Source: Polyangiales bacterium (lineage in GTDB: Bacteria > Myxococcota_A > Polyangia > Polyangiales > Ga0077539). From it: a DNA stretch of 58,283 nucleotides. Position 1 is the stretch's first letter. Each line of letters opens with the position of its first letter. Below are positions 51,219 through 58,283 of the stretch, in pieces. The stretch is taken from positions 1-58,283 of the forward strand of contig JAXLYI010000006.1 in NCBI GenBank assembly GCA_046351555.1, read 5' to 3'. The notes beneath the pieces were generated by a model. That model saw only the letters and a list, made by a program, of their open reading frames with translations. It did no database searches and was not told where the DNA came from. Both the position numbers and the translations under genes were made by a program.

Positions 51219-53344
51219 TCAGTACGGCCCGAGGAAGCGCTCGCCGTTGAAGTGTATCATGTGGGTCGGGGCGTCGGCGCACCACACCTCGGTAAGCACC
51301 GGCACCCGCGACATCTCCCGCTCCTTCGCGTAGCGGGCGCGGAGCGTCTCCACCGTGGCCAGCCACCGCGCGAGCGCGCCGCTCCAACGCGCCGTCCCAT
51401 AGCGTTGGAGCACGGCGAGCACCCCCGGCTCGATCTGGTAGACCGCCTTGGGGCTGTTGGTCGGGCGCGACCGGTCGTCGGGGTTCTCCAGCGCGACCCC
51501 CGCGGCGACGAACCGGTGGACGGTGAAGCGCCGCACCGTCTCCCGCGTGTTGGGCGCGTACACCTTCCCGTAGCTCCGCTCGAAGAACTGCATCATCGGC
51601 GTGATCCCCATGAGCGGCGCCGACGCCTCCGCCCAGGGACGCTCCGCCGTCAGGTCGACGAGCGCGAGGAGCGTGAGCGCCGACCGCTCGTTCTGCTGCT
51701 CGCGCGGCAGTCCGATGGCCTCCAACACGGACAGGGCCTCGTCGATGCGACGCCTCGCCGCCACCGGGTCGATGGCCGTTGGTTTCTTGTCTCCCATACG
51801 AAACAACACCTCGTCCACGGCGCGATCGACCGCCCCTTGCGTGGCGAGCGACTTCCCCGCGGCATCGCCGAGCGCCTCGAGCTGTGCGCGGGTCGGGTAC
51901 GGCATCTTGCGGAGGTCGGTCGCGTTCACCTGCGTGTGCCCGCTCCAGGCGCGGAAATGCGCGTCGACGAGCGTCGAGTTGAGCCACACCGTCAGCCCGC
52001 GCGCGAGCCGCTCGGGCACCCCAGCGCCGTCGCAATGGAACACGTTGAGGTGGTTTTCGAACCCGACGCGCCCCCGCGCGACCGCCGCCGGTTCGTAGAG
52101 GGCGGCGACGATGCGGCGCGGCTCCTCCTTCGAGGAGAAGCGCTTCGTCAAGACGTAGGTGCCCTCCGGCAGCAGGAGGGCGGCGGTCTCCGCGTTGTCG
52201 TCGATCGCGTTGGGCTTGCGCGATCCCTCGCGCGGCCACGCCACCCCTCCGCCCGCGAGGTGCAGCGGGTAGATGAGCGGGGCCGTGGTGCGCGCCGGTC
52301 GGTCGTGGAGGTGGGCGCGGGCGCGGAAGTCCACCACGCGGCCGGTCGACGCCTGGAGCCCGAGGTCGGCGAGCGTCGAGCGGAACGTCGCCATCCGCTC
52401 GCTCACGGCGCCGCCGAGTCCGTCGGACACGATGTGGACGATGCGTTCGGGGTCGTCGGGTCGCACGACCTCCGCGAAGGGAACCTCCCGCACGAGCGGC
52501 GCAGGGTCCTCGGGGCAGGTCGCCGACGAGACCGTGACGCGCCCGCGCGGCGCCCCGTCCTTCACCGCGTGGAAGATCACGGTCTCCTGGAGCACGTCGT
52601 CGTCGGCGAAGGCGCGGTCACGCCGCTCGAAGACGTGGAGCCGCAGGAGCCTCATGCGCGCGAGGAAGCGCTCGCGGAAGGGGCGGAAGTAGGGGCCGTT
52701 GCAGAAGCTCCGCGGGGTGATGGCGACCAAGCTCGCCGCCGGGCTCGAGCAGGTCGACCGCGACCGCGAGGAAGGCCGTGTGGAGGTTGCTCGTCTCGAG
52801 GCCGATCCGCTGGAGCGCGCGCCTCGGGCGAGTCCGCGCGGATCTTGTGTTACGGCGGGTTGAGGATCGCGGCGTTGAAGGCGCCTCGCTGCGTCGCGAA
52901 GAGGCCGCCGTCGAGCGCGCCCACCCCCGAGGCGATGAAGTTTTCGACGTGGACCCGGGCCTCGACCCGGAGGCCGGCGGCCGCGCCGTGCTCCTCGCAC
53001 GCGGTGAGCGTCTCGCGCAGGTACCGCGCGAGCGTCGGGTCGACCTCCCACGCGTCGACCGTGATGGATGTCGGGCGCGCGGGACGTCCGGCGAACGCCT
53101 CGACGGCAGCGGCGGTGAGTGCGCCGACACCAGCGCCCGCGTCGAGCAGGCGGACCTCCGCCGCGTCGGTTCGCAGGAGCGATGCCATGAACGACGCCAC
53201 CGCCGCGGGGGTCATGTACTGCCCGAGCTCGGCCCGCCGCGCCGGGGAGAGCTGGCGCATGGCGTCGACGCGCGCCACGTCGGCGACCTCGCCGGGGTGG
53301 CGGCCCGATGCGAGGAGGGAGGTGGCGAAGCCGGGTTTGCGCAT
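51219..53344 (-). pseudogene. Eco57I-family (gamma-class, NPPY) N6-adenine DNA methyltransferase, inactivated by an in-frame TAA and two frameshifts
   Basis: Motif I LLDAGAGVGAL and motif IV FNAAILNPP are followed directly by TAA. The downstream conserved blocks KIRADSPEARA / ALQRIGLETSNLHTAFLAVAVDLLEPGGEL / VAITPRSFCNGPYFRPFRERFL sit in three different frames. The junctions imply an indel in a GCGCGC run and a 1-nt insertion. Confidence 0.65.
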
Positions 53345-53407
53345 GGGGAGCGGCCGAGGCGCACGCTGCCCGAGGCGGGGCCGCGGGTCAACGGATCGGC
53401 GCGCCCC

Positions 53408-54451
53408 TCACCAGGTGTCGGGGAAGTTGCCGCGCGACATCGGCTGCGGCGGCGGCTTCGGCACGGCGACCGCGTCGGCGGCCTTCTTGCGGATCACCTG
53501 CGTCCCCTCCTGCTTGAGCGTCTTGATGGGGCCCTTCACCCACGAGCCCGGGCCCGACACCGCGCCGATCGCGCCCTGCACGCCGTCGCCGATCTTCTGC
53601 CCCATCTCGGGCGACGCGCCGAGGTACTCCGCGCCCGCGCCGATCGCCTGCGACGTGTACGTGCGCTGCGGCACGCCCGTCCAGATCTGCTTCACCGCGG
53701 CCCAGCCCCGGTCGCCCGCGTTGGCGATGAGCGCGCCGCCCGCCACCTGCCCGACGCCCGTCGGCGTCGACGCGAGCCCGACGCCCACCGTCCCCTGCCC
53801 CACCGCGCCCGCGAGGTCGATGCCGCCCGCGACGCGCGGGTACGCCGCGCGGAAGTCCTGGTAGCGCCCCCACGTCTGCCGCATCCCGTACTGCGCCAGC
53901 GACTCGTTGGGACGGCGCGCGAACGACGACGGCTCCTGCGCCGGCTGCTGCGGCTGCGCGGGCTGCTCAGGGGGCTGCGCCGCGGCCTGCTCCTGCGGCG
54001 TCTCGGGCTTCGGCTCGGGGTTCGGGTCGCTCTTCGGCTTGCCGTCCTCGCCGACCTCGTTGGTGGGCTCCGTCCCCTCGTCGAACACCGCCTTGCCCTT
54101 GGTGTTCTTGTCGTTCATCTCGTGCTCGTCCTTGTGACGAATCACGTTCTGGCCCTCGGCGCGCACCGTGGGGGAGTGCTCGACGGGCTCGGTCTTGCCG
54201 CCGCCCGCGTGGGTGCCCGACACCACGCCCTCGCCCGTGCCGCCCTCGTCGCCCTCGACGCCCTGGATGTAGCTCTGCTTCGTGAAGACGCACTGGTTGG
54301 TGGCCCGCACCGTCGGCGTCACCATGCAGGCGTTCTGGTACACCGACACGATCTGGTAGGGCACCGGCGCCGTCGGCGACTTGCAGACGTCGGGGTAGCT
54401 GCTCACGACGAGCGCGCGGGGCGTCTTGCGGGTGAGTTCGAGCTCGCTCAC
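53408..54451 (-). CDS. T6SS PAAR-like (DUF4150) effector with a Pro/Glu/Gln-rich linker and a glycine-zipper-rich C-terminal domain
   Basis: N-terminal DUF4150 pattern YPDVCKSP...GDEGGTGEGVVSGTHAGGGKTEPVEHSPTVRAEGQNVIRHKDEHEMNDKN. C-terminal GxxxG-rich segment (AGAVGQGTVGVGLA, GVGQVAGGALIANAG, AIGAGAEYLGA, GDGVQGAIGAVSG). Confidence 0.7.
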   Translation of the reverse strand: MSELELTRKTPRALVVSSYPDVCKSPTAPVPYQIVSVYQNACMVTPTVRATNQCVFTKQSYIQGVEGDEGGTGEGVVSGTHAGGGKTEPVEHSPTVRAEGQNVIRHKDEHEMNDKNTKGKAVFDEGTEPTNEVGEDGKPKSDPNPEPKPETPQEQAAAQPPEQPAQPQQPAQEPSSFARRPNESLAQYGMRQTWGRYQDFRAAYPRVAGGIDLAGAVGQGTVGVGLASTPTGVGQVAGGALIANAGDRGWAAVKQIWTGVPQRTYTSQAIGAGAEYLGASPEMGQKIGDGVQGAIGAVSGPGSWVKGPIKTLKQEGTQVIRKKAADAVAVPKPPPQPMSRGNFPDTW

Positions 54452-55476
54452 AGCGGGGCCTCCTGCTGGTCGGGGTCGTTGAAGTGCATGCGCAGCTCGG
54501 CCACGCGCACCGCGGGCTCCTCACGCACGGTCAACCGCGAGGTGACGTAGACGAGGCGCCGCGCGAGGTCGATCACCACGGTGTCGAGCTCCATCGGGCG
54601 CATCTCGATCTCGCCCGACTCGTAGCGGAGCAGCGTGAACATCCCGTGGCCCGGCAGCCGGCAGCGCAGCGGCCCCTCGGGGAGCAGGCCCTCGAGCGCG
54701 ATGTCGGCGTCGCTGCGGAGCATCCCGCGCACGGTGAGGTCGGGGTGCGCGCCGTTCCAGTACTCCGAGCGGAAGTCCTTCGGGAGCACGGGCCAGGTGT
54801 GCTTCACCCACGCCTCGTCGTAGGTGCCTGCGAGCGCGAGGCGCGGCGCCCACGCGCGCCCGATGGGGCCGTAGCCCACCGGGGCGGGCTCGGCGAAGGG
54901 GTCGGTGAGGGGCGCGTCGGCCGACTCGATGCGCGGGGCTTCGAAGCGGTCGACGTCCTCCACCGACCAGGGGCGCGCGAAGCCCACGCCCACGGGGTTG
55001 CTCGCGCACGCCTCCTCGCGGTCGCCGCGGCGCGCGACGCCGCCGTGCGCGAGCTCGTAGCAGAGCGGGACGCGGTCGACGGGCTCCGGGTCGGTGAGCC
55101 GCCACGCCTCGCCCTCGCGCACCCACCAGCGTGGGCCCGTGACGCGCAGACGCTTCTCCACCGGACCCACGCGCACGAGCGTCTCCCACGACGGGAGCGC
55201 CTCGCCGTTGGGCGCGCAGGCGTCGCCCACCACCGTCACGTCGGTGAAGGGCTTGTAGGGCGCGAGGTCGCTCTCGAACACCGGGCTCGACGCGCCGGGC
55301 TCGCCGCGGAACACCTCCGCGGTCTGGAGGGGCGTCTGCTCGCGCGCGAGGCGCAGCACCTTGCCGTGCTCCAGGCGCAGCGTCATGCGGCTGACCACGA
55401 CGTGGAAGGGTTCGTCGTCGACGGTGTGCGACTCGAACACCAGCATCGGGAAGGGCGTGTGGTTGCGGGGCCTCAC
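54448..55476 (-). CDS. DUF2169-family T6SS adaptor protein
   Basis: 342-aa protein whose stop overlaps the DUF4150 effector start by 4 nt. Size, position and sequence feel match DUF2169 adaptors that pair with DUF4150 effectors. Confidence 0.6.
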   Translation of the reverse strand: MRPRNHTPFPMLVFESHTVDDEPFHVVVSRMTLRLEHGKVLRLAREQTPLQTAEVFRGEPGASSPVFESDLAPYKPFTDVTVVGDACAPNGEALPSWETLVRVGPVEKRLRVTGPRWWVREGEAWRLTDPEPVDRVPLCYELAHGGVARRGDREEACASNPVGVGFARPWSVEDVDRFEAPRIESADAPLTDPFAEPAPVGYGPIGRAWAPRLALAGTYDEAWVKHTWPVLPKDFRSEYWNGAHPDLTVRGMLRSDADIALEGLLPEGPLRCRLPGHGMFTLLRYESGEIEMRPMELDTVVIDLARRLVYVTSRLTVREEPAVRVAELRMHFNDPDQQEAPL

Positions 55477-55512
55477 GACGTCGAGGCTACCGCAGGGCAG
55501 ACGCGACGGGGA

Positions 55513-56805
55513 TCAGAACTGGGCCTTCTCGGTGCTCTCGGTGAGCGCGAGGGTGCTGGCCTTGCCGCCGGAGATCACCTCGGCGACGGCGTCGAAGTAG
55601 CCGGTGCCCACCTCGTGCTGGTGGCGCGTCGCGGTGTAGCCCTGCTTCTCCGCGTTGAACTCCGCCGTCTGCACGTCGGAGTAGGCCGCCATCCCGCGGT
55701 TCTTGTAGTCCGCGGCGAGGTTGTACATGGCGAGGTTGAGCGTGTGGAAGCCCGCCAGCGTGACGAACTGGAACTTGTACCCCATCGCCCCGAGCTCGCG
55801 CTGGAACTTCGCGATCGTCGCCTCGTCGAGGTGCTTGCGCCAGTTGAAGCTCGGCGAGCAGTTGTACGCGAGGAGCTTGCCCGGAAACTTCTTGTGCACG
55901 CCCTCGGCGAACTGCCTGGCCTCGTGGAGGTCGGGCGTGGAGGTCTCGCACCAGCAGAGGTCGGCGTAGGGGGCGTAGGCGACGGCCCGCGCGATCGCGC
56001 AGTCGATGCCGCCCTTGAGGGTGTAGAAGCCCTCGGCGGTGCGGCCCTTCGCGCGGTCGATGAAGGCGTGGTCGCGCTCGTCGTGGTCGCTGGTGAGGAG
56101 CTTCGCGCTGTCGGCGTCGGTGCGGGCGACGACCAGCGTCGGCACGTCCATCACGTCGGCGGCGAGGCGCGCGGCGACGAGCGTGCGGATGAACTGCGAC
56201 GTCGGCACGAGCACCTTGCCGCCCATGTGCCCGCACTTCTTCTCGGCCGCGAGCTGGTCTTCGAAGTGGACGCCCGACGCGCCCGACTCGATCATGTGCT
56301 TCATGAGCTCGTAGGCGTTGAGCGGGCCGCCGAAGCCGGCCTCGGCGTCGGCCATGATGGGGGCGAACCAGTGGGTGTCGCGCTTGCCCTCGGAGTGGTC
56401 GATCTGGTCGGCGCGGGTGAGGGCCTGGTTGACCTTCTTCACCACGTTGGGCACCGAGTCGACGGGGTAGAGCGACTGGTCGGGGTACATCTCGCCGGCG
56501 GTGTTGGCGTCGGCGGCCACCTGCCAGCCCGAGAGGTAGATGGCCTTGAGCCCCGCGCGCACGGCCTGGACGGCCTGGTTGCCGGTGAGGCAGCCGAGGG
56601 AGGCGACGAAGGGCTCGGTCTGGAGGAGGCTCCAGAGGCGGCGCGCGCCCATCTGGGCCCACGTGTGGTCGATGCGCACCGAGCCGCGGAGGCGGGCGAC
56701 GTCGGCGGGCGAGTACGGGCGGGTGATGCCCGCGAAGCGCCCCTCGGGGGCGTCGGTGACGTACGTCGCGGCGGCGTTGGAGGTCTTGTCCGAGGGCGTC
56801 ATCAT
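55513..56805 (-). CDS. aceA: Isocitrate lyase
   Basis: Isocitrate lyase signature KKCGHMGGK with flanking conserved blocks ([23 protein letters not shown]). 431 aa. Confidence 0.9.
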   Translation of the reverse strand: MMTPSDKTSNAAATYVTDAPEGRFAGITRPYSPADVARLRGSVRIDHTWAQMGARRLWSLLQTEPFVASLGCLTGNQAVQAVRAGLKAIYLSGWQVAADANTAGEMYPDQSLYPVDSVPNVVKKVNQALTRADQIDHSEGKRDTHWFAPIMADAEAGFGGPLNAYELMKHMIESGASGVHFEDQLAAEKKCGHMGGKVLVPTSQFIRTLVAARLAADVMDVPTLVVARTDADSAKLLTSDHDERDHAFIDRAKGRTAEGFYTLKGGIDCAIARAVAYAPYADLCWCETSTPDLHEARQFAEGVHKKFPGKLLAYNCSPSFNWRKHLDEATIAKFQRELGAMGYKFQFVTLAGFHTLNLAMYNLAADYKNRGMAAYSDVQTAEFNAEKQGYTATRHQHEVGTGYFDAVAEVISGGKASTLALTESTEKAQF

Positions 56806-56819
56806 GGTCGTTCTCCTGG

Positions 56820-58283
<1,464 letters not shown>

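Overview
This 58.3-kb window is very GC-rich and most likely myxobacterial (Myxococcales). Overlapping long ORFs on both strands and in several frames are mostly GC artefacts. I called genes from recognisable motifs, signal peptides and tight start/stop overlaps rather than ORF length.

**Housekeeping genes:**
- purB, rlmB, a tRNA-Leu(CAG), miaB, sseA, a gamma-carbonic anhydrase, a short-chain dehydrogenase, and aceA with a 5'-partial aceB.
- Several secreted hydrolases: a depolymerase-like esterase, an M1 peptidase, an Aes-like esterase, a pair of M16 peptidases, and a glycerophosphodiester phosphodiesterase.

**Accessory content:**
- Two orphan type VI secretion (T6SS) effector modules. One is a DUF1795 (Eag) chaperone with a prePAAR/PAAR effector carrying a C-terminal TNT NAD+-glycohydrolase domain. 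The other is a DUF2169 adaptor with a DUF4150 PAAR-like effector that has a glycine-zipper C-terminus.
- An XisH/XisI pair next to an HsdR_N-like PD-(D/E)xK protein.
- A 690-aa P-loop NTPase beside the tRNA.
- An ATP-grasp / secreted protein / ECF sigma / frameshifted anti-sigma / FG-GAP gene cluster.
- Many secreted repeat proteins and lipoproteins (TPR/HEAT, PDAA repeats, cysteine-rich).

**Most interesting region (42.9-53.4 kb, minus strand):** an Eco57I-family N6-adenine DNA methyltransferase with three inactivating lesions, a heavily degraded IS21-like istA/istB element, and a 44-nt tandem hairpin repeat array. Downstream lies an intact SNF2-family helicase whose stop overlaps (GTGA) the start of a 352-aa protein with a C-terminal zinc ribbon. 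A roughly 140-bp internal piece of the methyltransferase is duplicated on the far side of the IS remnant. I read this as a decayed and rearranged restriction-modification or defence island. Its helicase plus zinc-ribbon pair is a candidate undescribed module.
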